A DNA stretch of 64,000 nucleotides from Acidobacteriota bacterium (GCA_965248695.1 CBDFKD010000002.1:3456001-3520000); one strand, 5' to 3'. Positions 36,698-48,202 are shown, counted from the first letter of the stretch. Numbers and translations are program-made. The notes: generated by a model from the sequence alone, not told the origin.

Positions 36698-38528
36698 ATG
36701 AGCTGTTTTTTCGTTGTCTGCGCGCCAGCAGATCGTCAGGAGGCCGCCTCCGAGGCGTTCGCCCTCGGTCTGCACAACGCTCGCGAGCTGCTCGGATCCA
36801 GCCCGCGACATGTCTTCCGTGGCGAAGGGATGCTGGCGGCAACGTTCGGTCGCCGCGACGGCAGCGGCGGTGAGATGGCCTTCGACGCGGACGGGTCCGG
36901 CTGCCTGCTGGGCTCGGGCACTTGGTTTCACCGCGGCCGGGCGACCGACGAGGCGGGGTTGCTTGACCGGCTGCGCCAGATCGGTCACACGGCGTTGGCG
37001 CGCGAGCTCGACGGCACGTTCGTGGTCGTTGATCTGGACGTACGCGAGTGTAGTGTGACGGCGTTCACCGACATCCTCGGGACCGGTCGTTGCTACGTCC
37101 GCGAGCTCGAGAGCGGCGCCGTCGCCCTGAGCGGGTCGTCACTGCTTCTGGCCTCCTTGGCACCCGTCCAGCTGGATCCCGTCGGCACGCAAGAGTTCTT
37201 GTTCATCGGCGACATCTACGAACAACGGACGCTGTTCCGCGACATCGAGAAACTCGGCCCTGCCGGGAGCGTAGTGGTGATCGGCAACGAGGTCGAACGA
37301 CCGGCGCGCTACTGGAGTGTGGCCGAGCTGGAGCCCGACTCGTTGACCGGAAACGCGGCGCTGGAGAGGCTGAGTGAGTCGCTTCAGGGCGCCGCTGGAC
37401 AAATCGAGCGCCGCTTCGCCAGCCCGATCTGCGACCTCACCGGCGGCTACGACTCACGCACGGTAGTTTCGCAGTTCCTCAGCGCCGGCGTCGGGTGTAC
37501 GGCGACGGTGACCGGCCCCCCGGGCGATTCCGAGGTGGCGACGTCTCAGGCGTTGGCCGACGCCGCCAACCTCGAACTGGCGCTCGTACGGCCGCGTTCC
37601 GAGATCACCTTCGACAGGATCGCAGAGACCTTGCGCTGGACCGACGGCGAGTACGACATGCTGTCATTCCGACGCATCTTCGACGTGCACCTGCAGCTCT
37701 CCGGCAGATTCGATGTCAGCGTCAACGGCTCGTGCGGCGAGCTGGCGCGCGGCTATCGATATGAGCTCGTGCGGCCCGGCCTCGGCGCACGGCGACCACT
37801 GGACGCGAAACGGGCAGCTCAACGCCGGTTCGGGGCCGAGGTACACGACGCCTCGATCGTACGGCCCGAACATCGCATCGATCTTGTCGAGCATGTGACC
37901 GACCTGGTGGAACGCCTGGTCACGCCGCTGCACGATCGTCCCAACTACTTCCAGCTCGACCACGCGTTCAACGAGCTCATCATGGCCGGCTGGCACGGCC
38001 GGATAGCCGCGAGCACCGATCGCATTCGTCCGCTAGCGTCGCCGTTCGTCTTCCGGCCGGTGGTCGAGTCGCTCATGGCGACGCGCGGCACCGATCGGGT
38101 CCGCAACCTGCTGGTCCGTCGATTGCTCCGCGGCACACGAGCCGCGCTGGGCTGGGATTCCGTTGTCCGACGGCCGCCCGCCGGCGCCGCTAGACGCTCG
38201 CAACCTGCACATGCTGTGGCCTCTGGCCTGCAACGTCGGACGTCGCATAGGGCGTCGGATGGGATGGGCGACTGACGGCGTCGACGATACCCAGTCGAAC
38301 ACCGGGTGGCGACGGCAGCTCTGGCAGGAGGAGTCGGTTGCGCAGCTGTTCGACACCAACAGCCTGAGCTCGACGGAGTTCCTTGACCCGGAAGCGTTGC
38401 GCAGCTTCCTCGAGCGCTCGCGCACGGATGCGTTCCAAACCCACGACCAGTGGTCGCGCGTATTGACGCTGGAATACACGCTCCAGAGGCTCGCCGCATG
38501 CCGGCAGAGCCTGCGGACCGCGGCCTGA
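36698..38528 (+). CDS. Asparagine synthase-related protein with an apparent frameshift at ~38150
   Basis: Ntn-like N-domain (LDGTF...DILG), PP-loop-like DLTGGYDSR, GSCGELARG; removing one G near 38149-38151 joins the 38163-38528 frame (ALAGIPLSDG...RVLTLEYTLQRL). Confidence 0.7.
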
Positions 38529-38641
38529 CCACCGGGCACGCGACGTTGGCGCCAACCCGCCATTGGCGCGCTCACGTCCCTACCGCAGGCCTGACCGCGC
38601 GCTAGCTGTACCCTGGCAACGCCGTGAGCTAGGGTGCGCAA

Positions 38642-40360
38642 ATGAGCCTCGGATTTCAGGCGGCCCTTGCCGTCCTACCGATTCTGCTAGCTGGCGTTCT
38701 GCTGGTTGGATTCCGAGTGCCGGCAAGAAAGGCGATGCCCGCCGTCTATCTCGCCGCCGTGGTTATCGCCGTCGGTCCCTGGGGCGTCGCCCCGGTTCGG
38801 ATCGTCGCTTCCACCATCCAGGGACTGTTCCTCACTTTCGACCTGCTGTGGATCATCTTCGGCGCCATCCTGCTGCTCAACACGCTGGAGGAATCAGGCG
38901 GCGTGGCAGCGATTCGACGCTCGTTCGGTGCCCTCAGCAGCGATCGACGCGTGCAGGTGGTGATCATCGCCTGGCTGTTCGGGTCATTCATCGAGGGCGC
39001 GGCAGGGTTCGGCACACCAGCGGCGGTGGCGGCGCCTCTGCTGGTGGCGATGGGCTTCCCCGCCGCCGCGGCCGTGGTCATCGGCATGATGATCCAGAGC
39101 ACGGCGGTCACGTTCGGCGCGGCCGGTACGCCGATCCTCGTCGGGGTGGCCGGCGGCGTCGCCAGCTCGGCATTCGATGCCCGTCTGGCCGCTTCCGGCA
39201 TCGATCTCGGCCAGTACGTGAACCTGGTTGCGGTTCGATCGGCCTATCTCCACGCCGTCGCCGGCACGCTGATGCCGACGCTCATGGTGATGGTCATGAC
39301 GCGCTTCTTCGGCGCGCGCCGGTCATGGACCGAAGGCCTATCGGTGCTGCCGCTGACGCTGTTCGGCGGCCTCGCGTTCACGATCCCGTATGTCGGCGCT
39401 GCAACCCTGCTAGGGCCGGAGTTCCCCTCGTTGCTCGGCGCGCCTATCGGGCTGGCGATCGTCGTCACCGTAGTTCGACGTGGCTGGCTCATCCCCGCCG
39501 ATCATTGGGACTTTCCGTCACCCAGAGACTGGCCGAGCGACTGGGTCAGCGGCATGGAGGTCACCGGCGATAGTCGGCTTGACGACAACGCCACGACCGG
39601 GAAGACGATCGGCGTGCTGAGCGCCTGGCTCCCCTACGGTGCGGTGGCCGCGATGCTGGTGCTCACGCGGCTGCCGGGGCTCCCGCTGGGTGGTTGGCTG
39701 CGCAGCGTCCGTTTCACATGGGACGGAATCCTCGGCACCGATATCACCGCCGCGACGACCCCCCTGTACCTACCGGGTACCGTGCTGATGGCCGCTGCAG
39801 CCCTGGCGTTCTTCCTTCATCGCATGCGCGTCACCGAGCTCCGACGGGCGGCGACCCGCTCGGCCAGCGTTCTGCTCAGCGCCGGCTTCGTGCTCGTGTT
39901 CACCGTTCCCATGGTGCGCGTCTACATCAACTCCGGCGCCAACAGCGGTGGTTACCTGGGTATGCCGATCGCCCTGGCCGAATGGGTGGCCACCAACGTC
40001 GGCGCCAGCTGGCCCGCGTTCGCCGGCGTCACCGGCGCCCTCGGGGCGTTCATCGCTGGCTCGAACACGGTGAGCAACCTCATGTTCTCCGCCTTCCAGT
40101 ACGGCGTCGCCGAGCGCCTGGCACTGTCGAGCGCCCTGATCGTCGCCCTCCAGGCCGTGGGCGCCGCGGCCGGCAACATGATCGCCATCCACAACGTAGT
40201 CGCTGCGTCAGCCACCGTCGGCCTCCTCGGCCAAGAAGGTTCGACGCTGCGCAAGACGATCCTGCCGACCCTCTACTACCTCACCGTGATCGGCGTGCTC
40301 GGCCTGCTGGCGGCGTACGTCCTTGGCGTCAGCGACCCGCTACTCCGTGCCGGCGGCTAG
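38642..40360 (+). CDS. lctP: L-lactate permease
   Basis: [43 protein letters not shown]. Confidence 0.93.
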   Translation: MSLGFQAALAVLPILLAGVLLVGFRVPARKAMPAVYLAAVVIAVGPWGVAPVRIVASTIQGLFLTFDLLWIIFGAILLLNTLEESGGVAAIRRSFGALSSDRRVQVVIIAWLFGSFIEGAAGFGTPAAVAAPLLVAMGFPAAAAVVIGMMIQSTAVTFGAAGTPILVGVAGGVASSAFDARLAASGIDLGQYVNLVAVRSAYLHAVAGTLMPTLMVMVMTRFFGARRSWTEGLSVLPLTLFGGLAFTIPYVGAATLLGPEFPSLLGAPIGLAIVVTVVRRGWLIPADHWDFPSPRDWPSDWVSGMEVTGDSRLDDNATTGKTIGVLSAWLPYGAVAAMLVLTRLPGLPLGGWLRSVRFTWDGILGTDITAATTPLYLPGTVLMAAAALAFFLHRMRVTELRRAATRSASVLLSAGFVLVFTVPMVRVYINSGANSGGYLGMPIALAEWVATNVGASWPAFAGVTGALGAFIAGSNTVSNLMFSAFQYGVAERLALSSALIVALQAVGAAAGNMIAIHNVVAASATVGLLGQEGSTLRKTILPTLYYLTVIGVLGLLAAYVLGVSDPLLRAGG

Positions 40361-40381
40361 TCAAGGCGACGGAGCCGCCCG

Positions 40382-42007
40382 CTACTGCAGTTGAAACTGC
40401 ACAGTTACGACAAGCCGCACTTTCACTGGCTTGCCGTCGATGATGACCTGCGTGTAGCGCCACTCTCGCATCGCATCCCGCGCCGCGTCGTCGAGTAGCG
40501 GATGGACGCCTCGGAGTACCGCGCTGCGCTCCAAGCGGCCTTCAAGCCCGAGCACTCCCTCGAGAATCACGGTCCCTTGGATGCGATCGTCCCTGGCTTG
40601 CTTCGGGTAACTGGGCGCGACGTACAAGATGCGCTCGGGTGCCGGCAGGTCGCCACCGACCGACTTGACCTCCCTGACGACCAGACGTTGCCGGCCATCG
40701 AGTTCGAACCAGAGCTGCTCGGACCGCGCTAGGGTCGCCAGCGCACTTGCCACCGTGCTGTTGCGAACCGCCAAGGTGGTCACGCGATCATCGGGCAGGT
40801 GTGACCGGTCGAGCTCGAAACCTCCCACGCCGGCAAGCCCGCCAAGGACTCGGCTAAGCCTGACGTTGGCTAGATCGATATCGGCGCGACGGTTACCGCC
40901 ACGAAGCGCCAGGAGGTGCGGGAAATCTGTCGCGAGATCGACCTGGGTGGCAAGCAGCCGAGCCTGAGCGCGACTTGCGTCGCCCGAAGCAGACTCCTGC
41001 GGCGCACCAGACACCCCAGCAACGCTGGAGACGGTAAACAGGCAGCCGGCCAAGGCCACCGCGACGCGGTGCTTTCTCATGACGGTGGTTCTCCCTACGC
41101 TTTGTAGGTGCCGAAGTCGCGTCTTGAATACCGACTTGCTCGCCACCAGCGCGAGCTCGCCGCTTCCGTGGAGGAAACCGAAACGCAGCGTGCGCGCCAG
41201 TGTCCGGGCGTACGTGCGCGCGTCAACGCCGGCGTGCACGACGGCTTCGTCGCACGCCAACTCAGCGGCGCGATGGAGTCTGACCAGCACCAGCCACGCT
41301 ACCGGAAAGAAATAGAGGGGCACGAGCGCCAGCAGCGCCACCATCCGCTGCGGCGGGTGACCGAGCCGTCGGTGGGCATCCTCGTGCGCCAAGATCGCGC
41401 TCAGCTGATCCTCGCTGAGCGCGCGGCACAGCGCCCGCGGCAGCAGGATCCGGGTCCGCCGGACACCGACCAGGCAAGGCATGATCGGCTGATCGACGAG
41501 CTCGATCAGAGCCGGATCGATTCCGTGTCGTCGGGCCGCACGCGCCACCGCCGATGGGGCCGGCGCCGACGCCCGATGGGCCACTTGGCGCAGCAGCGCT
41601 GACCGACGACGCCAGAACGTCAGTGCGACTACGAGCGCGCCAAGCAGCCACGCCAGCGTCAGGAGTTGATAGGCAACGCCATCAACCGGTGCACCAGACA
41701 CGGACGCTTTGCTCAGCAGTTCCGGTTCGAAGACGGCGCGCAGGCCGCGCACCGCGGTGGTCACCGTGACGCTCGCCACCGCCGGCCGCAGGGGGGCAAG
41801 CAGGGCTCCCGCGAGCGGCGTCAGCAGCGCCGCCGGCAGAATCAGCTTCAACAGGCCGACCCACCAGAGGTAGCCGTGAAACCGGGCCGGCGCACCACGC
41901 AGCAGACGGCCGAGCAGGACAAGCAGCCCGACGACGAGCGTGCTTTGCCACAGATGAATGGCGAACGCGCCCCAGAACGCTTGGTAGTCGAGCTCCAACA
42001 GGCTCAT
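40382..42007 (-). CDS. BlaR1/MecR1 (M56) peptidase-family sensor with STN-like and TonB C-terminal domains
   Basis: HLWQST, AILAHEDAH (HExxH), ELACDEAV; C-terminal PSYPKQARDDRIQGTV...AMREWRY...VQFQL. Confidence 0.88.
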   Translation of the reverse strand: MSLLELDYQAFWGAFAIHLWQSTLVVGLLVLLGRLLRGAPARFHGYLWWVGLLKLILPAALLTPLAGALLAPLRPAVASVTVTTAVRGLRAVFEPELLSKASVSGAPVDGVAYQLLTLAWLLGALVVALTFWRRRSALLRQVAHRASAPAPSAVARAARRHGIDPALIELVDQPIMPCLVGVRRTRILLPRALCRALSEDQLSAILAHEDAHRRLGHPPQRMVALLALVPLYFFPVAWLVLVRLHRAAELACDEAVVHAGVDARTYARTLARTLRFGFLHGSGELALVASKSVFKTRLRHLQSVGRTTVMRKHRVAVALAGCLFTVSSVAGVSGAPQESASGDASRAQARLLATQVDLATDFPHLLALRGGNRRADIDLANVRLSRVLGGLAGVGGFELDRSHLPDDRVTTLAVRNSTVASALATLARSEQLWFELDGRQRLVVREVKSVGGDLPAPERILYVAPSYPKQARDDRIQGTVILEGVLGLEGRLERSAVLRGVHPLLDDAARDAMREWRYTQVIIDGKPVKVRLVVTVQFQLQ

Positions 42008-42399
42008 GATCCGGACTCCCGGTCGGGTGACTCGTCGCTGGCGAGCTGCCTCTCGATCTCACGCAGGTCATCCAAATCCAGCGCCCGCATCTGTGCCAGA
42101 TGGCTCAGCAACGGGGCCGCCGCCCCGTCGAACAACGAATCGAGTAGCCGCGCGATCTCCTTGCGGATCATCGCCGGCCCGCTAACCGAAGGCCGATACA
42201 CTACCGAGCGGCCCGACTTGCCGACGCGCTCAATGGCCCCCTTGGTCTCCAGGCGCTCGAAGATCTTGCGCACGGTGGAGTACGAGGGTGGGTCGTCGAG
42301 CAGCGCGTGGACCGCACCGGCGGAAGCCTCCCCGCTCTGCCAAAGCAACCGCAGGCACTGCAGCTCGAACCTCGACAAGTCCGGCAGCTTCTTCGCCAT
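42004..42399 (-). CDS. BlaI/MecI/CopY family repressor
   Basis: LSRFELQCLRLLW, PSYSTVRKIFERLETKG, LLDSLFDG; ATGA overlap with the M56 gene. Confidence 0.92.
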   Translation of the reverse strand: MAKKLPDLSRFELQCLRLLWQSGEASAGAVHALLDDPPSYSTVRKIFERLETKGAIERVGKSGRSVVYRPSVSGPAMIRKEIARLLDSLFDGAAAPLLSHLAQMRALDLDDLREIERQLASDESPDRESGS

Positions 42400-42419
42400 C
42401 TCCCCCTCCGTTACGAACG

Positions 42420-42466
42420 GCGACAGTTGTCGCACTTAAAGTGCAGCATTTGTCGCACATTGTCAA
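42420..42466 (-). promoter_or_regulatory. BlaI-type operator palindrome and promoter
   Basis: GCGACA-GT-TGTCGC (42420-42433), a second imperfect site ending TGTCGC (42456), and TTGACA on the minus strand at 42461-42466. Confidence 0.65.
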
Positions 42467-42549
42467 GAAGGCAAGGCTCCTCGCCCGTGATACTCACCCC
42501 GTCGTTCTGTTACCTTCGGCGCCATTGACAGAATTCAAGGAGGAGCTCC

Positions 42550-44313
42550 GTGCATGTTGGCGCAGCGTTGGTCGCGATCGCAGTGGTGGCAATGAGCATC
42601 ACCGGAAGTGAGTTCCCCGAGTTGGCCAGCTCAGAGACCGCCGGCGCTCAGGACCAGACGAGCACGAAAGGATCCGGGTACGACCGGCCGGCCCACACCC
42701 CGAAGGGCAGCCGATCAGAGGTGATCGCGCCACACGGCATGGTTGCGGCCAGCCAGCCGCTGGCGGCGCAGGTCGGTATCGACATCCTGAAGGCGGGCGG
42801 CAATGCCATCGACGCAGCGGTGGCGGTCAACGCCATGCTCGGGCTCGTCGAGCCACATATGAACGGCGTCGGCGGCGACCTCTTCGCCATTGTCTGGAAT
42901 GCCGCGGAACAGAAGCTCCACGCGCTCAACGGCACCGGTCGCTCTCCATACGCGCTCAGCCTGGGAGCGCTGCGCGATCGAGACCTCGATCACATACCGG
43001 TGACGGGGCTGGTGGCCTGGACCGTGCCCGGGGCAGTCGACGCCTGGGCGGAACTTCTCCAGCAGCACGGGACAATGACCCTCGCACAGGTGCTGGCGCC
43101 AGCGATCTCGTACGCGCGCGACGGCTTCCCGGTCAGCGAGATCATCGCCCGGCAGTGGCAGGCCGAGGAGGAACAACTGGCCAAGTGGCCCGACTCCGCC
43201 GCCACCTACCTTCCTGGTGGGCGCGCCCCGAGGAAGGGCGAGGTGTTCCGCAACCCCAACCTCGCCCGGGTGTACGAGGCAATCGGCAACGAAGGCCGGG
43301 ATGTCTTCTACGAAGGCGCGATCGCGGATCGTATCGTCGCGTTCAGCGAGGCCAACGAGGGCTATTTCGCCAAGCGCGACTTCGAGGAGCACACATCAAC
43401 CTGGGTCGAGCCCGTAGGCAGTAGTTACCGCGGCCACCAGGTGTGGGAGCTTCCACCAAACAGTCACGGCATCACCGCGCTGATGATGCTCAACATCCTC
43501 GAGGGCTACGACCTCTCGAGCCTGGGCCACAACAGCGCCGCCACGCTGCATCGAATGATCGAGACGAAGAAGCTCGCCTTTGCCGACCGCTCACACTACG
43601 TCGCGGATCCCGAGTTCAATGCGTTGCCGGTGGCGGGGCTGATCTCCAAGCCCTATGGCGCCAGCCGGCGCGCGCTGCTCGACGCCAGCCGCGCCGCGCT
43701 CACGGTCGCGCCCGGAGACCCTCTAGAGCACGGTGACACCGTGTATCTGTCGGTGGTCGACAAGGACCGCAACGCGGTATCGATGATCCAGAGCATCTTC
43801 GATTCGTTCGGCTCCCGGGTGGTACCGGGCGACCTGGGCTTCGCGATGCAGAACCGCGGGATCGGCTTCAGCCTCGAGCAGGGCCACCTGAACGTGCTCG
43901 AACCGCACAAACGCTCCCTGCACACGAACATGCCGGGGATGGTAACCGAGGACGGCGTTCCGTGGCTGACCTTCGGCGTGATGGGCGGCAATATGCAGCC
44001 ACAGGGTCACACCCAGGTGCTCGCCAACCTCATCGACTTCGGCATGAGCGTGCAGGAGGCCGGTGACGCGGCGCGCTGGCGCCACATGGGCGGTACCCCG
44101 CAGCCCGGCGAGGCGCCCACCGGCGGCACCGTGCTGGTGGAGAGCGGCGTCCCCGACGACGTCGTTGAGGCACTCGAAGCGATGGGCCACGTCATTCGCC
44201 GCGCCGGCGGCGGCGCCATGGGCGGCTACCAGGCGATCATGATCAACCCCGCCACCGGCATGCTGCACGGCGGCACCGACCCAAGAAAAGACGGCGCCGC
44301 CATCGGCTACTAG
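42550..44313 (+). CDS. ggt: Gamma-glutamyltransferase
   Basis: GGNAIDAAVA, GGDLF, TVPGAV, ELPPNSHG, GD-TVYLSVVD nucleophile Thr, GVMGGNMQPQGH, DPRKDG. Confidence 0.95.
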   Translation: MHVGAALVAIAVVAMSITGSEFPELASSETAGAQDQTSTKGSGYDRPAHTPKGSRSEVIAPHGMVAASQPLAAQVGIDILKAGGNAIDAAVAVNAMLGLVEPHMNGVGGDLFAIVWNAAEQKLHALNGTGRSPYALSLGALRDRDLDHIPVTGLVAWTVPGAVDAWAELLQQHGTMTLAQVLAPAISYARDGFPVSEIIARQWQAEEEQLAKWPDSAATYLPGGRAPRKGEVFRNPNLARVYEAIGNEGRDVFYEGAIADRIVAFSEANEGYFAKRDFEEHTSTWVEPVGSSYRGHQVWELPPNSHGITALMMLNILEGYDLSSLGHNSAATLHRMIETKKLAFADRSHYVADPEFNALPVAGLISKPYGASRRALLDASRAALTVAPGDPLEHGDTVYLSVVDKDRNAVSMIQSIFDSFGSRVVPGDLGFAMQNRGIGFSLEQGHLNVLEPHKRSLHTNMPGMVTEDGVPWLTFGVMGGNMQPQGHTQVLANLIDFGMSVQEAGDAARWRHMGGTPQPGEAPTGGTVLVESGVPDDVVEALEAMGHVIRRAGGGAMGGYQAIMINPATGMLHGGTDPRKDGAAIGY

Positions 44314-44452
44314 GCCCACAGCGAGCTGTTACTCGCGCGAATAGGGTGCAGCGACGAGCACGCGGCGCGGGGGCCAAGGCGCGCCGACGCGACGTATTGC
44401 TACGTCAAGGAGGCGCAACGCCGGCCATCGCGTCGCGGACCGACGCTGTGCC

Positions 44453-45361
44453 CTATTCGCCGGCGAGACCGCGATAGACGACTGTAAGGAAGCGATCGGG
44501 CGACATGAAGCCACCGCCCCAAGTGTCGTCGTACTCGGCCATCGGACGCGCCGCGATGATCTCCTCGAGGCTCATGCCATCGTTGATCATCGTGCCGACG
44601 CGGTCGCGCGCCATCACCACCACGTCGCGGAACTTGCGCAGATCGGCCCCTGTGGCGAGCGTTCCGTGGCCGGGAATGATCTTGGTGTCGGAATCGATTC
44701 TCGCCAGCACGCGCCGAGCCGTGGCGATCATGCCGTCGACGTGGCCGCCCGAATCGACGTCGATGTACGGGTAGCGCTCGTTGAAGAAATTGTCGCCCAT
44801 GTGCACGACGTTGGCATCCTTGAACCAGACGATGGAATCCCCGTCGGTGTGCGCCCTTCTGACGTGCTCGACGCGAATGGTCTCGGCGTTCCAGTAAAAA
44901 GTTGCCGTAGAGCTGAACGTCACTACCGGCAGCGCCGCCGCCGGCGCCTGCTCGGAGCTCCCCATGACCTCGCCAAACTGCGCCGGGTTCATACGCTTGC
45001 GCACATTGTCGTGCGCCACGATCATGGCGCCGCCACCACCAAAGGCCTCGTTGCCGCCGGTGTGATCGCCGTGCCAGTGGGTGTTGACCACGAACTTGAC
45101 GTCGGTGTCGCTCACCGCGGCGATGGCCGCCCGGATCTTTTCGTTCAGTGGCGCGAACTGATCGTCGATCACGAACGCACCGTCCTCCCCGACGCTCAGA
45201 CCAATGTTGCCGCCGGCACCCATGAGCATGTAGACGCCGTCGGCCACTTCGATGGTTTCGATCTCGACGGCACTGAAGTCCTGCTGAGCGGAGAGCTCGG
45301 TGGCAACCGACCCGAATGCGAACGCGATGGCAACAGCTACGACGGCGTGACGGAGTTTCAT
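44453..45361 (-). CDS. Exported MBL-fold metallo-hydrolase (cyclase-like)
   Basis: Signal peptide, NTHWHGDHTGGN, AHTDGD, HMGD, IIPGHG. Confidence 0.92.
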   Translation of the reverse strand: MKLRHAVVAVAIAFAFGSVATELSAQQDFSAVEIETIEVADGVYMLMGAGGNIGLSVGEDGAFVIDDQFAPLNEKIRAAIAAVSDTDVKFVVNTHWHGDHTGGNEAFGGGGAMIVAHDNVRKRMNPAQFGEVMGSSEQAPAAALPVVTFSSTATFYWNAETIRVEHVRRAHTDGDSIVWFKDANVVHMGDNFFNERYPYIDVDSGGHVDGMIATARRVLARIDSDTKIIPGHGTLATGADLRKFRDVVVMARDRVGTMINDGMSLEEIIAARPMAEYDDTWGGGFMSPDRFLTVVYRGLAGE

Positions 45362-45517
45362 CGATCAGGCTCCTGCGATAGGCGGCAAGCTATAGGCAGC
45401 ACAGGGTGGGCGTCGAAACGGTAGGGTAGCGACCTTAGCGGCGTGATCGTCGGCCGGCAAGGCGCCAACGGTCCTATAATTCAGCACGTGACCGTCGAAC
45501 GCCTGCCGGAGAGACAC

Positions 45518-47293
45518 ATGGCAACTTCCCTCAACCGACGCGCGCCGTTGCACAGCCCGGCCGTAGCCGGCGTGCTCGCGCTGGCGAGCTTGATCTCGAC
45601 CACCCAGGCTGTCGCCACCCCGTCGTACGAGGCTGCCGCAGCTCAGTCGTACGAGGCCGCCATGGTCGTGGTCCTGGATGCCTCCGGCAGCATGAAGGAG
45701 CAGGTCGAGGGAGGCGTCAAGCGTGACCTCGCACAGCGGGGTCTGCTGCGAACGCTGGCCGGGCTGCCCGAGGGAACTGCGGTGGCACTGCGTCTGCTGG
45801 GCGAGGGGCCCGGCGACGACGAGTGTGGCGCCTCCACGCTGGCCGTCCCGTTCGCCGCCTTCGAGCCGCGACAGTGGCGCGAGTCGATGGGGTCGATCGG
45901 CTGGGACGGCGCCACGCCGCTGGTGCTCAGCATGCGTCAGGGACTCGAAGATCTCCGCCGGGTGAGCGCCCGACGCAAGGAGATGCTCATCATCGGCGAC
46001 GGCGAGGAGACCTGCGGCGAGGATCCCGTCGGTGTCGCGCGCGCCGAGGCCGACGGTATCCGCATCCACACCATCAGCCTCGGTGAGCGCGTCTCGCACC
46101 AGCTCGCCGGCATCGCGCTGGTAACCGGGGGCACCTACACGCGGGCGTTCGACGAGACCAGCTTCGAAGCCGCCACTGTCGAGGCATTACCGACCGAGCT
46201 CGGCCTGCCGTTGGACGGCGGCTTGCCGATCGACGGATCGCTCGGTGGCGGCGCCGGCGCGGCCTCAGGCGGCGCGGGGGCACAGCTGCAGGTGATTCTC
46301 GACGTCAGCAACAGCATGTGGGGACAGATCGACGGTCGGGTGAAGATGGAGTTGGCGCGAGAAGCACTGAACGGAGCACTGGGGGATGTGCCGCCGACCC
46401 TGCCGGTCGGTATGCGCGCCTACGGCCACCGCGTCACCTACGACAACAAGGAGGCCGGGTGCCAGGATACCGAACTGCTGATCGCCCCCGAGCCCGGCAG
46501 CGCCGAGCGCATCCTGGCGCACGCCGCGGCGCTGCAGCCGCGAGGCCAGACTCCCCTGGCGCTCAGCCTGCGTGCCGCCGCAGATGATCTGAGCGACGGA
46601 GGCGGCGGCGTGCTGCTGTTGATCAGCGACGGCATCGAGTCGTGCGGCGGTGATCCGGTGGCGGTCGCCGAAGAGCTGCGTGCCAGCGGGATACCGATCA
46701 TGATCCATGCCGTCGGTCTGGGTGTGGATGCGCAGGCGGCCGATGCGCTGTCGAGCCTCGCCAGCGCCGGCGGCGGCGACTACTTCGATGCCCCCAGCGC
46801 TGAGCAACTGTTCCAGGGCGTCGGCACGGCGGTGCGCGCGACCACCGAGTTCATCCTCGCCGGCGGCGAGGAGTCGGGCTTTCCGGCGCCGATCACGCGC
46901 CTCGGCGGCGGCGACAACGTGGCCACTGCGGAGGAGATAGGGCACGGCATCTACAGCTTCAGCGAGCACCTGTTCCGCGACGAGCGCTACTTCGCTGTAC
47001 GTGGCGAGCCCGGGGAGCAACTCGTTCTCGCGGGAATGGTCTGCGCTCTGGCCATCGGCCGGACGCGCGACGGCGACACCACGTTCATGGGCTCCCCGTC
47101 GATGATGATGGCGCAGCGAATCGACGCCGCCGGAGAACGCTTGCGGGGTCGTAGCCTGACGGTTCGAGGCGACATGGGCGAGTGGCGCGAGATGGAAATG
47201 ACCGTCCAGGACGATGGCTGGGCCCGCTTTCGTATCGGCCGCCCACAGGGCAACGTCCACCGCGACATGGTATTCCGTGTGTCGCCGAAGTAA
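45518..47293 (+). CDS. Exported protein with two VWA domains
   Basis: MIDAS motifs LDASGSM and LDVSNSM; TPL and DGEETCG/DGIESCG repeats. Confidence 0.88.
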   Translation: MATSLNRRAPLHSPAVAGVLALASLISTTQAVATPSYEAAAAQSYEAAMVVVLDASGSMKEQVEGGVKRDLAQRGLLRTLAGLPEGTAVALRLLGEGPGDDECGASTLAVPFAAFEPRQWRESMGSIGWDGATPLVLSMRQGLEDLRRVSARRKEMLIIGDGEETCGEDPVGVARAEADGIRIHTISLGERVSHQLAGIALVTGGTYTRAFDETSFEAATVEALPTELGLPLDGGLPIDGSLGGGAGAASGGAGAQLQVILDVSNSMWGQIDGRVKMELAREALNGALGDVPPTLPVGMRAYGHRVTYDNKEAGCQDTELLIAPEPGSAERILAHAAALQPRGQTPLALSLRAAADDLSDGGGGVLLLISDGIESCGGDPVAVAEELRASGIPIMIHAVGLGVDAQAADALSSLASAGGGDYFDAPSAEQLFQGVGTAVRATTEFILAGGEESGFPAPITRLGGGDNVATAEEIGHGIYSFSEHLFRDERYFAVRGEPGEQLVLAGMVCALAIGRTRDGDTTFMGSPSMMMAQRIDAAGERLRGRSLTVRGDMGEWREMEMTVQDDGWARFRIGRPQGNVHRDMVFRVSPK

Positions 47294-47323
47294 CCCCACG
47301 ACTCGATCGAGGAGAAACGCACG

Positions 47324-48202
47324 ATGACCCGACACAAGTTGCTGAGCCTGACAATCGGCTTGATTCTCCTGGTGGGGCTGGGCATCGCCGCCGGTCAGCA
47401 GAACGATCGCGAGGCACGCACGCAGCGCGAGCTCGCCATGGAGAGCCCGATCGAGGCGCTCGATTCCGTCTGGACCGAGGAGCTCACCTGGATCGAGATC
47501 CGCGACGCAATGACGGCCGGCAAGAGGACCGCCATTGTTACCACCGGTGGCATCGAGCAGAACGGGCCCTACGTTGCCACCGGCAAGCACAACTACGAGC
47601 TGATGGGCATGTGCGAGCGCATCGCCCGCGCGCTCGGCGATGCGCTGTGCGCACCGATCATCAAGATGGTGCCCGAAGGGGATATCGATCCGCCCACTGG
47701 CCACATGCGATACCCGGGCACGATCAGCGTGCGCCAGGAGACCTTCGAGATGATGCTCGACGATGCCGCCTCGAGCCTACGGACACACGGCTTCGACAGC
47801 ATCCTGTTTCTCGGCGCCAGCGGCGGCAATCAAGACGGTATGAGCAACGTGGCCGGGCGAGTCAACGCGCGCTGGGGCGAGTCGAGAGTTCACTTCATCC
47901 CGGAGTTCTATGACAACGACGGGGTCATCGCCTACATGGCCGACGAGTTCGGCATCGTCGAGGAGAGCGAGGGATACCACGACTTCTTCTGGGCCACCGC
48001 GATGCAGATGACCGTCGATCCCGAAAGCGTGCGCTACGAGCAGCGCGTGAAGGCCGGCAAGGCGAGCATCAACGGTCAGAGCATCGCCGATCTGGAGGCC
48101 ACGATCGCCATCGGTGACAAGCTCATGCAGTTCCGTGTCGAGCGAACCGTGAAGGCAATCCACGCCGCCATCGCGGCATCGCGGGCAACCGATCGGCCCT
48201 GA
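47324..48202 (+). CDS. Creatininase family protein, exported
   Basis: EELTWIEIRDA, TGGIEQNGP, HMRYPGTIS, SGGNQ. Confidence 0.9.
   Translation: MTRHKLLSLTIGLILLVGLGIAAGQQNDREARTQRELAMESPIEALDSVWTEELTWIEIRDAMTAGKRTAIVTTGGIEQNGPYVATGKHNYELMGMCERIARALGDALCAPIIKMVPEGDIDPPTGHMRYPGTISVRQETFEMMLDDAASSLRTHGFDSILFLGASGGNQDGMSNVAGRVNARWGESRVHFIPEFYDNDGVIAYMADEFGIVEESEGYHDFFWATAMQMTVDPESVRYEQRVKAGKASINGQSIADLEATIAIGDKLMQFRVERTVKAIHAAIAASRATDRP

Noticed and set aside
36698-38528. Lasso peptide cyclase / RiPP cluster
   Set aside because: No adjacent B1/B2 (RRE, transglutaminase-like) genes or precursor peptide are visible.
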